Positions 18,010-27,006 of a stretch of DNA of 64,000 bases are shown here, piece after piece (within the stretch, counting starts at the first letter, position 1; every line of letters starts with the position of its first letter). Origin of the DNA: an uncultured Acidimicrobiaceae bacterium (GTDB lineage: Bacteria; Actinomycetota; Acidimicrobiia; Acidimicrobiales; RAAP-2); contig CAVWMF010000007.1 of NCBI GenBank assembly GCA_963756025.1, positions 102,612 through 166,611 on the forward strand. Direction: 5' to 3'. The position numbers and the translations under genes are program-made. The notes below the pieces were generated by a model. The model saw only the letters and a program-made list of their open reading frames with translations. It did not search any database and was not told the origin of the DNA.

Positions 18010-19179
18010 TCAGCGAACCTCGACAGGACAGCTGGTCATCAGGTTGAAGAAGTTGTTCGGACCGCGCACCGGCTCGCCCGCCAACTCCATCCGGTCCAGA
18101 TGCGTTCGTAGCTCCTCGAAAAGGACCCTCGCCTCCAGACGGGCCAGGCCCGCCCCCAAGCAGAAGTGCGGACCTCCGGCACCCAGAGAGTCGTGCCGAT
18201 TGGGGTTACGGCTGAGGTCAAATCGGTCGGGTTCGGGGAATTCGTTCTCATCCCGGTTGGCGGAGACCATCCACAGCGTTGTCCGCTGCCCGGCCTCGAT
18301 GACCTGCCCTCCGACCTCGATCGTCCGCAACGGCCACCTCGAGTGGTGCATGACCGGAGGGCAGAAGCGGAGCATCTCTTCGATCAGCAGCGCCGAATCG
18401 CATCCGGCGGCGACTGCATCGCGCACCTCGGGGCGCTCCAGCAGGCTCACGAGGCCGTGGGCGATCAAGTGCTTCGTCGTCTCGGCGCCACCACCGATGT
18501 AGACGCCGATCCACGCCCGCAACTCCTCCTGGCTCAGCGGGTGCCCATCCATGCGTGCGTCAAGTAGCTGGTCGACCAGATCGCCTCGGGGCTGACGGCG
18601 GTGCTCCTCGAGCAGCCGGTCCGCGTAGCGGTCTGACTCCTCGGCGTCTGACGGCTCCTGTGCACCGGAAAGCTGGGCGTCGACCCGACGCAGGATCGCC
18701 CCCTCGTCGGCCCGGGAAATGCCCATCAACTCCGCCATCACCCGGAACGGGAGCAACGTGGCGACACCGCGTACCCAGTCACCCCCTCCTGCTGCGGCGA
18801 ACTCGTCCACGAGTTCGCGGGCCAGGCTCCTGACCATGGGTTCTCGGGCCTTCACGGCACGGGGCATGAACGAGGAACTCACAAGACGCCGGTAGGCCGT
18901 GTGCTTCGGAGGGTCCATCGTCAGGATCGTCCTGTCCCCGGCGGGGGCATCGGCCGGCCCGTCCACGGTGCCGGCGCCGGATGGGCCAGCCCAACTGGAG
19001 AAGACCGTCGGATTGCGGTTGACCTCGCCAACCAGGTCATACGTCGATATCACCCAGTACTGGTCGGGCTCGTACCAGAAAACAGGAGCCTGCTTGCGCA
19101 GCTGGGCGAACGCGTCGAACGGTATCTCGTGGCCGAACTGCGCGTGACTCAAGTCGATTTCCACTGCAACGTCCGACAT
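18010..19179 (-). CDS. cytochrome P450 (canonical I-helix)
   Basis: 389 aa. I-helix GGGAETT, EXXR (EEMLRF), heme loop HFCLGAGLARLE. Confidence 0.9.
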   Translation of the reverse strand: MSDVAVEIDLSHAQFGHEIPFDAFAQLRKQAPVFWYEPDQYWVISTYDLVGEVNRNPTVFSSWAGPSGAGTVDGPADAPAGDRTILTMDPPKHTAYRRLVSSSFMPRAVKAREPMVRSLARELVDEFAAAGGGDWVRGVATLLPFRVMAELMGISRADEGAILRRVDAQLSGAQEPSDAEESDRYADRLLEEHRRQPRGDLVDQLLDARMDGHPLSQEELRAWIGVYIGGGAETTKHLIAHGLVSLLERPEVRDAVAAGCDSALLIEEMLRFCPPVMHHSRWPLRTIEVGGQVIEAGQRTTLWMVSANRDENEFPEPDRFDLSRNPNRHDSLGAGGPHFCLGAGLARLEARVLFEELRTHLDRMELAGEPVRGPNNFFNLMTSCPVEVR

Positions 19180-19335
19180 CGGCGGTCCCCCTGGTTCTGC
19201 ACAATGTTAGTAAGCACCGCGGGAATGCGATGACTGGAATCGTCCAGTTGGTACGGACAGCCCGAAACGGTCACCTGGTAAGTTCGATGGTCGACGGGCC
19301 CGACGCCGGCGTCCGCCGACCGGGAGGGAAGTCGA

Positions 19336-21042
19336 ATGCAGGACGTAGTTATTCGCGGCGGGTCCGTCGTCGACGGAACCGGGGCGGCACGGCGCACCGC
19401 GGACGTGGCGATCCACGACGGCAGGATCACGGCCATCGGCCGGGACGTGGGAAGCGGGCGGCGCACCATTGACGCGGACGGACTGATCGTGGCGCCCGGG
19501 TTCATCGATGTGCATACGCATCTCGATGTCCAAGGCTTCTGGGACTCGACGCTCAGTCCTTCACCACTGCACGGGGTGACGACCGTCTTCGGAGGCAACT
19601 GCGGGTTCAGCGTGGCTCCGCTCGACGCCGACGCGGCCGGCTACCTGCTTCCGATGCTCTCCCGTGTCGAGGGCATGCCGGTGACATCGCTCCAGTTGGG
19701 TGTCCCATGGGACTGGACCTCGACCGCCGACTACCTCGACCGCTTGGATGGAACGCTCGCCATCAACGCCGGGTTCATGGTCGGACACTGCGCACTGCGG
19801 CGGGTGGTGATGGGGGAAGCGGCCACCGAACGGTCGGCCACCCCGGACGAGATCGAGCGGATGTGTGACCTCCTCCGTGCCGGCCTCCGGGCCGGGGGGA
19901 TCGGATTCTCCTCGACCTGGTCGATCACCCATAACGACGCCGCTGGCCACCCCGTCCCCTCGCGGCACGCCACCGCCGACGAGCTCGTTGCTCTCGCCGC
20001 GGTCTGCGGCGAATTTCCAGGAACATCGCTCGAGTTCGTTGCGGGCCAGCAGTGGGACGACGCCCGGCGCCAGGTGATGGTGGACATGACCGTCGCGGCC
20101 CGACGGCCCCTGAACTGGAACCTCCTCGCCCCGTCGGCCCGCAGCCGCGAGGCGGCCTACCGTCAGCTCGAACTGTCGGACGTGGCCCGGGCGGCCGGGG
20201 GGAAGATCGTCGGCCTCGTGATCCCCTTCGTGGCCGAATTCCGCATGTCGTTCCACAGTGGATTCGTCCTCGACAGCTTCGACGGTTGGGGCGAAGCCAT
20301 GACGCTCCCGCCCGCTGAGAAGCTACGCCTGCTGGCCGACCCGGTGGCGAGGGACGGGCTGGCCCGCCTGGCCGCCGCGGACCCACGCCGTGTCGCGCTC
20401 GCCGACTGGGGAGCGAAGCGCATCATCGAGACCTTTACGCCGGAGACCAAACAGTACGAGGGCAGGAACGTCGGCGACATCGCAGCTGAGACGGGGAAGA
20501 CGGCATTCGACGCCCTGGTCGACATTGTGGTGGCCGACGGCCTGCGCACCGCCTTCACCTACGGCGCCGAAAGCGACGACCCTGCCGACTGGGACGTGCG
20601 GCGCGACCTGTGGCTCGACTCGCGCACGATCGTGGGCGGGTCGGACGCCGGTGCCCACTTGGACATGCTGTCAACGTTCAGCTTCGCCACCGACCTGCTC
20701 TCGATCGGCGTGCGCGAGCGCGGGCTCCTCACGACCGAGGAAGCGGTCCGGCTGCTCACATCGGAACCCGCAGAGCTCTATGGCCTTGTTGGCCGCGGGA
20801 CCCTGTGCGAGGGCGCGGTGGCGGACATCGTGGTGTTCGATGAGGAGACGGTCGGTCACGACCAGGTGCGTTCGAAGTTCGACCTCCCTGGAGGTGCGGG
20901 ACGACTGTACTGCGAGGGCACCGGGATCGAGCAGGTGCTCGTCAGCGGCGAGACCTTGGTGGCCGGCGGCGCGTTGACCGATGCCCGCGCAGGCACCATC
21001 CTGCGCTCCGGCCGCGATACCTCCACACCGTCTTTGGCGTAA
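19336..21042 (+). CDS. D-aminoacylase-like amidohydrolase
   Basis: 568 aa with a GGGAGGGAAG RBS. Motifs: MQDVVIRGGSVVDGTG, GFIDVHTHLD, GGNCGFSVAP. Confidence 0.9.
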   Translation: MQDVVIRGGSVVDGTGAARRTADVAIHDGRITAIGRDVGSGRRTIDADGLIVAPGFIDVHTHLDVQGFWDSTLSPSPLHGVTTVFGGNCGFSVAPLDADAAGYLLPMLSRVEGMPVTSLQLGVPWDWTSTADYLDRLDGTLAINAGFMVGHCALRRVVMGEAATERSATPDEIERMCDLLRAGLRAGGIGFSSTWSITHNDAAGHPVPSRHATADELVALAAVCGEFPGTSLEFVAGQQWDDARRQVMVDMTVAARRPLNWNLLAPSARSREAAYRQLELSDVARAAGGKIVGLVIPFVAEFRMSFHSGFVLDSFDGWGEAMTLPPAEKLRLLADPVARDGLARLAAADPRRVALADWGAKRIIETFTPETKQYEGRNVGDIAAETGKTAFDALVDIVVADGLRTAFTYGAESDDPADWDVRRDLWLDSRTIVGGSDAGAHLDMLSTFSFATDLLSIGVRERGLLTTEEAVRLLTSEPAELYGLVGRGTLCEGAVADIVVFDEETVGHDQVRSKFDLPGGAGRLYCEGTGIEQVLVSGETLVAGGALTDARAGTILRSGRDTSTPSLA

Positions 21043-21057
21043 GCGCGACGGGAAAGC

Positions 21058-22725
21058 TCAGGTCTCTTCCGTCATCGCATCGCCCAGATAGTGGCTCAAC
21101 ACCTCTTTGCCGGCAGCACTGGCTGGTCCGATCCAGGCCAGCTCACCCCGCTGGAGGACGAGGGACACGTCGGCAAAGGCCAGGGCGCGGTGTACGTACT
21201 GCTCGATCATGATGACCGTGACACCCGCTTCACGAGCCCGGCCCAGTCCCTCGAAAACCAGATCGACCATTTTTGGAGCCAGGCCGAGGGACAGCTCGTC
21301 GGCGACGACCAGCTTGGACGCTGAGGCCAACGCGCGGGCAAGAGACAGCATCTGCTGCTCGCCCCCGGAGAGAGAGGAAGCCACCTGTCGCCGGCGCGAG
21401 GCCAGGGCGGGGAAGATGGTGAGCGCCAGATCGACCGACTCCCGTCGAGCTTGACGACCTTCCAGATTCCCCGCGGCCATGCGGAGGTTGTCGAGTACGG
21501 TGAGCCCGCGAAAGACGCCTCGACCTTCGGGCAGATGCACAAGACCCTTACGGCGAATTCGGTGGGCGGGCCAGTCACAGATATCCTCGCCGTCGAAGAC
21601 GACACTGCCCGCGTGCGGGCGGACCAGACCCGACAGGGCGCGGGCAAGGGTGCTCTTGCCGGCACCGTTGGCGCCCAACACCGAGAGGACCTGACCGGAT
21701 TCGACCCGGAACGACACGCCGGAGAGGGCGAGAGCATCTCCGTAGCGCACCGAGAGATCTTGGACGACGAGTGCCCCCGCGGCGTCCGGGGAGTCCACGG
21801 AGTCCACCCGCGGCTCCGCCACGAGCAATGCCGGGGTGGTGTCGGACATGACCGGGTCGTCGTCAGCCTCTGGCTCGACGCTCGACGCGATTTCCTCACC
21901 GAGGTACGCCGCGCGCACCGCGGTGTTGGAACGCACGTCGTCGGGGGAACCGTTCGCGATCATGATCCCGAAATCCAGGACGTAGATGTTGCTGCACATT
22001 CGCATCACCAGTTCCACGTCGTGCTCGACGAGCAGCACGGAGATACCCCGCTCGTGGGCGACCTGGAGCAACGTGCTCTCGAAGCGTTCCGTCTCCGAGG
22101 AGTCCAAGCCCGAGGACGGTTCGTCCAGGAGGAGAACTTTCGGGGACGTCGCCAGTGCCCGGCCGAGCTCGACGAGGCGGGCAAAGCCCAGTGGCAACCC
22201 GAGGGCGGACCGTTCGGCCACAGAATTCAATCCGAGGAGTCCGACCAACTCGTCGACCTGGGCACTTTCGGCCGCATCGACGGGACGAAGGCTGCCCATG
22301 GTGAGGAGATCCGACCAGACGCGCCGTTTGGCGTATCGGGCCCGATACCCGAGCAGTATGTGCTCACGCACGGTCAGACCGGAAAACAGCTCGGGATGCT
22401 GAAAGGTGCGCGCCAATCCGCGGGCGGCGCGCTTTTGCGGGCGGAAGTTCGTGAGGTCCTCGCCGTCCAGGCGCACCTCGCCGGCGGTGGGGCGGAGCAG
22501 ACCGGACAACACCCCGAAGAGAGTGCTCTTTCCGGCGCCGTTGGGGCCGACCAACCCGACGATCGTCGCAGGCGCCACAGCCAGATCGACGTTGTCGAGG
22601 GCGACCAGGCCTCCGAAGTGCACGGTGACCCCGGTGCACTCCAGGTGACCGCGACGTCGCGATGCCCCGTCGCTCTCGCTCTCCGGTTGCCCGTTGGTGG
22701 ACACCGTGGCGGGTGACCCGGTCAC
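21058..22725 (-). CDS. ABC transporter ATP-binding protein, fused LivG-like + LivF-like domains
   Basis: 555 aa with two Walker A loops (GPNGAGKST, GANGAGKST), Walker B LLLDEP and VVADE, and LSGGEQQ in the second half. ATGA overlap with the permease gene. Confidence 0.9.
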   Translation of the reverse strand: MTGSPATVSTNGQPESESDGASRRRGHLECTGVTVHFGGLVALDNVDLAVAPATIVGLVGPNGAGKSTLFGVLSGLLRPTAGEVRLDGEDLTNFRPQKRAARGLARTFQHPELFSGLTVREHILLGYRARYAKRRVWSDLLTMGSLRPVDAAESAQVDELVGLLGLNSVAERSALGLPLGFARLVELGRALATSPKVLLLDEPSSGLDSSETERFESTLLQVAHERGISVLLVEHDVELVMRMCSNIYVLDFGIMIANGSPDDVRSNTAVRAAYLGEEIASSVEPEADDDPVMSDTTPALLVAEPRVDSVDSPDAAGALVVQDLSVRYGDALALSGVSFRVESGQVLSVLGANGAGKSTLARALSGLVRPHAGSVVFDGEDICDWPAHRIRRKGLVHLPEGRGVFRGLTVLDNLRMAAGNLEGRQARRESVDLALTIFPALASRRRQVASSLSGGEQQMLSLARALASASKLVVADELSLGLAPKMVDLVFEGLGRAREAGVTVIMIEQYVHRALAFADVSLVLQRGELAWIGPASAAGKEVLSHYLGDAMTEET

Positions 22726-24716
22726 CGTTCCGCCTCGGCGCCGACGCCGGCAAGACTGCCTGTTCGGTCCCGGCCCGCGCCCGGATCATCCTTGCGGGCG
22801 CTAGGCCCCGGCCACGCTCGGGAGATGAGAGCGCTCAGTTGGCGCCCGTTCTGGAGGATCGCGCCCTCGGGATGTTGGGCGACGGTGATCGCGCCCAAGC
22901 CGAACAGGATGGCCGGCACCTCCGACCACCGCGTGGGGATGTAGGACTGGAACACGGCGGGCAGCATCGCGAAGGTCAATCCGCCCAGCGCTGCGGCGGA
23001 GATGGAGCGCACCCCCAGGGTCACGACGACCGCGAGCCACACCAGCCCGCCGAACGTGTCGTAGGAGAGCGGCTGGGCCACCCCTGAATACATAGCCAGA
23101 AAGCCGCCACCGACGGCCGCGACAAAGGCGCCCAGTGCGCCCACGATGACTTTCACCTGGAGGACGCTGAGCCCCAGCGTGAGGGAGGCCGGTTCGCTGT
23201 CACGCACCGCCCGTAGCGCCAATCCGCTCGTCGAGCGGCGCAGATTGAGGGTGAGGATCGCGAAAACGATGAACACCCCAAACGTGAGATAGCAAAACGC
23301 CATGTTGCCCTGGGCAAAGCTGGGACGGTTGAGCGGCACGCCGATCCCTCCCTGGGCAAAGCGGCTCAGGGTGAACACCAGCCCTTCCACCAGGAGCCCG
23401 AACGTCAGTGTGACGAGAGCGACATAGAGGTCCCCGAGACGGACGGTGAGCAAACCGATGACGGCTCCCAACGCGGCGGCGATCACCCCTCCCATGACGA
23501 TCGCCAGCAGAACAGGTACGTGCCACTGGGTCACGAACTGGGCTGCGGTAAGCGCGCCCAATCCGGCGAAGATGACCTGTGACAGCCACAACATCCCACC
23601 TTCACCAGTGACGAGCGTGAAGGTGAGAAAGATGACCGAGTAACAGAACCCGAGAGCGACCAACCCGAGCCAATAGGCAGAGCCATGGAAAATGAGGGGG
23701 AACGCCGCCACGATGGCAATCGGGATGAGCCCGAGGAGTGCCCTGCGCCCCTTGAGGGCTCCGGCCTCGCCCGTTCCTTCATCCTGATTCGCAGGTTTCA
23801 CCGCCTGGTCGAGAGGGCCGGCGACGCCGGCGTCCTCGTCGAGCTTGCCGGATCTCACGAGGTAGTAGATGAGGGCTACCACAATGAAGACGAAGGGGAT
23901 ACTCGGGACGATGGCACCCGTGAACGGGCTCGTCGGAGGCAGGTACTTCTGAATGACGTCGGTCACGACACCCATGGCCAACGACGCGATCACAGCACCG
24001 GCCAGCGAGTGCAGACGGGCCACCACCACGGCGGCGAATGCCGCCGCCATCAACGTCGTCATTCCCGCAGTCGTGAGGCCTTGCGATGGGGCCACCAGGA
24101 TCCCGGCCAAACCGGCGAGGGTGGCGGTGAACGCCCACACCCCGACGGCCACCCGACCCGGGTTGGTCCCCGAGAGGGACGTCATGGCCTCGGAGTCGAC
24201 CATGGCGCGAACCCTTAACCCGACCTCCGTGAAGCGCAAGACGGCGATACCGATGATGACCACGAAGAGCAAGAACCCGTAGGTGATGAGCTGGTCGGTG
24301 GTCAGCGGGGTGCCAAGGAAATCGATCGGCTTGTCGCCCAACGACGCCAGGCCGGGAGCCGAAGTGATGGACTGGGTGCCGAAGGAGATATCCGCAATGG
24401 GGGGCAGCGCAACCGAAAGTCCGATCGTGCAGACCAGCTTGATCAAGGTCGACTTTCCCCGGAGGTGCCGGAAGAGGAGGGCGTAGAGCACGACCCCCAT
24501 GAGCGGCGCCACGACCAGGATCGACACGGCCCCTGCGGAGTCGGTCTGCCACCCGTGCTGCGAGTTGAGCCAGTAGTAGAAGCGGGCTACGAAGTAGGCC
24601 ATGGACCCGAACGCAAAGTTCAGGACGCCGGCCGACACGAACGTGAAGACCAGACTCGCGGAGGCGATGGCGTAAATCGAGCCGAGCGCCAGTCCGGCTA
24701 TGAGATACGGCAGCAT
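22722..24716 (-). CDS. ABC transporter permease, fused LivH-like + LivM-like halves
   Basis: 664 aa, highly hydrophobic throughout. A LivH-type N-terminus (MLPYLIAGLALGSIYAIASASLV) and a second permease half are joined by a hydrophilic linker (DEDAGVAGPLDQAVKPANQDEGTGE). Confidence 0.9.
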   Translation of the reverse strand: MLPYLIAGLALGSIYAIASASLVFTFVSAGVLNFAFGSMAYFVARFYYWLNSQHGWQTDSAGAVSILVVAPLMGVVLYALLFRHLRGKSTLIKLVCTIGLSVALPPIADISFGTQSITSAPGLASLGDKPIDFLGTPLTTDQLITYGFLLFVVIIGIAVLRFTEVGLRVRAMVDSEAMTSLSGTNPGRVAVGVWAFTATLAGLAGILVAPSQGLTTAGMTTLMAAAFAAVVVARLHSLAGAVIASLAMGVVTDVIQKYLPPTSPFTGAIVPSIPFVFIVVALIYYLVRSGKLDEDAGVAGPLDQAVKPANQDEGTGEAGALKGRRALLGLIPIAIVAAFPLIFHGSAYWLGLVALGFCYSVIFLTFTLVTGEGGMLWLSQVIFAGLGALTAAQFVTQWHVPVLLAIVMGGVIAAALGAVIGLLTVRLGDLYVALVTLTFGLLVEGLVFTLSRFAQGGIGVPLNRPSFAQGNMAFCYLTFGVFIVFAILTLNLRRSTSGLALRAVRDSEPASLTLGLSVLQVKVIVGALGAFVAAVGGGFLAMYSGVAQPLSYDTFGGLVWLAVVVTLGVRSISAAALGGLTFAMLPAVFQSYIPTRWSEVPAILFGLGAITVAQHPEGAILQNGRQLSALISRAWPGPSARKDDPGAGRDRTGSLAGVGAEAER

Positions 24717-24926
24717 CCGCTCACCCCCCCGGCTGGGTTGCTCACGTCAAACAAGGGTCTCATTGTTCAGCGTCCCCCTCTGCGAATCCGAGCGAATTGC
24801 GAACATCCAGCGTTGACGGAGCCCATGTAGATTAGCAACCTCGATCAAAGAGTCAAAGCCCACAGTCAACGGATCCACTCGCTCAGTTTCGGCACTCTTG
24901 TGGCGCGGGTCAGGTGCACTGCAGGA

Positions 24927-26003
24927 TCAGGCAGCGACGCCCAAACGGGGCAGGACTTCGCCTGCCAGCAGCTCCATGGATTCGAACCAAGGTTCGGGCG
25001 CTTCGGAATAGTCGTACCCGAGCTGCACCAACGAGCCGAAGGGCCCTACCACGTCGACCATTCCCCGGAGCTTCTCGACGACGGTATCTACCGATCCCAC
25101 CAGACAATTGGTTCTGATGAAGTATTCCGCGTCGACCTCATTGTCCTCCACGCGGGGGTCGTGTTTGACAAGACCCAAGTGGCCGGCTCCGCGCAACTGA
25201 GGAAGGAGGAACTCGTTCAGCATCCGCCCCATGGCGCCGTTGATCGTGTGATCGTACGCCTCGTCGTCCGTGTCAGCGACGAAGACGTCACGTACCACCC
25301 GCCAGAGATCGCGTTCGGCGATCCGGCCCACCTCCGCAGCGCCCGCCTCTACCGTCTCCCAGTGACCACGCACGTAATCCAGGCCGAGGTTGAGACTCAG
25401 CGGGATGTAACCGCGTTGGCCGCACACCCGCAGGGATTCGGACTTAGGGCTCAACGATGTGATCCCGATCGGTGGATGCGGTTCCTGAAATGGCCGGAGG
25501 TGGAATCCGTTGTTCCCGCTGATCTCAGGTCGGGAGACGGTCCAATGTTCGCCCGTCGCTCCGAATGGGTCGGGCGCAGCCCAGAGGCCCAGGATGATGT
25601 CGAGAGCTTCCCACATCATCCGACGATTTTCTCCACCCTTCCCATCGACATCGAACAGCCTGAAATCCGACGAGACCCCGCCGGCGCCGACCCCGAAGAG
25701 AAGGCGACCCTGCAGGAGATGGTCGAGATAGGCCACCCGGTGGGCAAGCTCCGCCGGGTGATGGTAGGGAAGCAGGTGTGCGCCCGTTCCGAGGCGGATG
25801 TGATCTGTTTGCAAAAAGGCCTGGGCCAAAAGGAGATCCGGTGCAGGGCATGGTTCCCACACGGCCGTGAAGTGTTCGCCGACCCAGGCCTCCGAATACC
25901 CCAGTTGATCAGCCCTCGAGATGACCTCCAAATCCCAGGTTGCGCCTTCTCGAATCGATCGTTCCGGTGGGTGGCAGGGCATCATGAACAATCCGAGCTT
26001 CAT
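24927..26003 (-). CDS. LLM-class (luciferase-like) flavin-dependent oxidoreductase, LimB-like
   Basis: Track ORF runs to 26084. ATG 26003 gives MKLGLFMMPCHPPERS...LGYSEAWVGEHF...GTGAHLLPYHHP...GRLLFGVGAGG, the pattern I associate with limonene-monooxygenase-type LLM proteins. Confidence 0.85.
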   Translation of the reverse strand: MKLGLFMMPCHPPERSIREGATWDLEVISRADQLGYSEAWVGEHFTAVWEPCPAPDLLLAQAFLQTDHIRLGTGAHLLPYHHPAELAHRVAYLDHLLQGRLLFGVGAGGVSSDFRLFDVDGKGGENRRMMWEALDIILGLWAAPDPFGATGEHWTVSRPEISGNNGFHLRPFQEPHPPIGITSLSPKSESLRVCGQRGYIPLSLNLGLDYVRGHWETVEAGAAEVGRIAERDLWRVVRDVFVADTDDEAYDHTINGAMGRMLNEFLLPQLRGAGHLGLVKHDPRVEDNEVDAEYFIRTNCLVGSVDTVVEKLRGMVDVVGPFGSLVQLGYDYSEAPEPWFESMELLAGEVLPRLGVAA

Positions 26004-26115
26004 GTTTGCCTTTTCCCCCACGACGGAACAGTTTTCGACATCGATGTCGACTTCAAGAGTAGTTGGCGTTCTGGCAGTTGGCAATTACTCGGGGGGCGCT
26101 TCCTGTGAGGACTGT

Positions 26116-26952
26116 TCAGGGACAAGTGACCCCGCAATCGACGGGCAGGGTTATGCCGGTGACGGCGCGCGCCTCGTCGGAAACCAGCCACAGAATGGCG
26201 TCACTCACATCCTTTGGCTCGAGAAGATTTATCGGCAACAACCGGGGTGCGATCTCGACCACGTCCGCATTGTCGGTGTGGAATTGCTGGAACACATCGT
26301 TTATCACCATGGGTGTCGCCACGCCCATGGGGTGGACCGTGTTGACCCGGATGCCGTGGCGGCCGAGGAGCTTCGCATAGCCCCTCATCAGACCCACCAC
26401 GCCGTGCTTGGACGCACAATAGGCAGCAATCCCGCCTGTGCCGTTGTGCATGCCGCTGAGGCCGGCCGCCGAACTGGTGATGACGATGGATCCGCCCCGT
26501 CCTCCGTCTATCAATGGCTGCTGGGTAACCCGGATCGTGTTGTAGACGCCGGTCAACATCACGCCAACGGCGTCCATCCACCGGCCCGCCGCTTGGTCGA
26601 GGGTCTCCGGCTGCCCACCGACGTGCAGGACACCGGCATTGGCGATGACGATGTCGAGACGGCCGAAGGTGGCCAGGGTCTCTTGTACTGCCTCGTCCAT
26701 GGCGTGGATGTCACGCACGTCGGCAATGATGGGTAAGCAACGCCGATCGAGCTCTTCGACCGACTTTGCCGTCTCGTCGAGATCCTCGGGCGACGACATC
26801 GGGTAGGGCACCGAATCGATCTGATGGGCGATGTCGAGGGCGACGACATCGGCTCCTTCGCTCGCCAACCGGATGGCGTGCGACCTTCCCTGTCCACGTG
26901 CTGCTCCGGTGATCAGGGCGACTTTTCCCTGCACACGGCCATCGTTTGGCAT
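26116..26952 (-). CDS. mycofactocin-coupled-type SDR family oxidoreductase (carveol-dehydrogenase-like)
   Basis: 278 aa. GKVALITGAARGQGRSHA is followed by the characteristic insertion 'DIAHQIDSVPYPMSSPEDLDET', YCASKHGVVGL and VNTVHP. It is a close paralogue of 32551..33387. Confidence 0.85.
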   Translation of the reverse strand: MPNDGRVQGKVALITGAARGQGRSHAIRLASEGADVVALDIAHQIDSVPYPMSSPEDLDETAKSVEELDRRCLPIIADVRDIHAMDEAVQETLATFGRLDIVIANAGVLHVGGQPETLDQAAGRWMDAVGVMLTGVYNTIRVTQQPLIDGGRGGSIVITSSAAGLSGMHNGTGGIAAYCASKHGVVGLMRGYAKLLGRHGIRVNTVHPMGVATPMVINDVFQQFHTDNADVVEIAPRLLPINLLEPKDVSDAILWLVSDEARAVTGITLPVDCGVTCP

Positions 26953-27006
26953 CTCCCAACCTTTCAGTAGGCGGCCGCACCCCGTACCGGACGGTGCGTC
27001 ACAACG

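Noticed and set aside
24717-24926. Short direct repeats (GCGAAT/TGCGAA around 24780..24805; AGTCAA twice around 24851..24870) upstream of the ABC permease gene
   Set aside because: The hexamers are only 5-6 nt, imperfect and irregularly spaced. I could not define a convincing operator or promoter.
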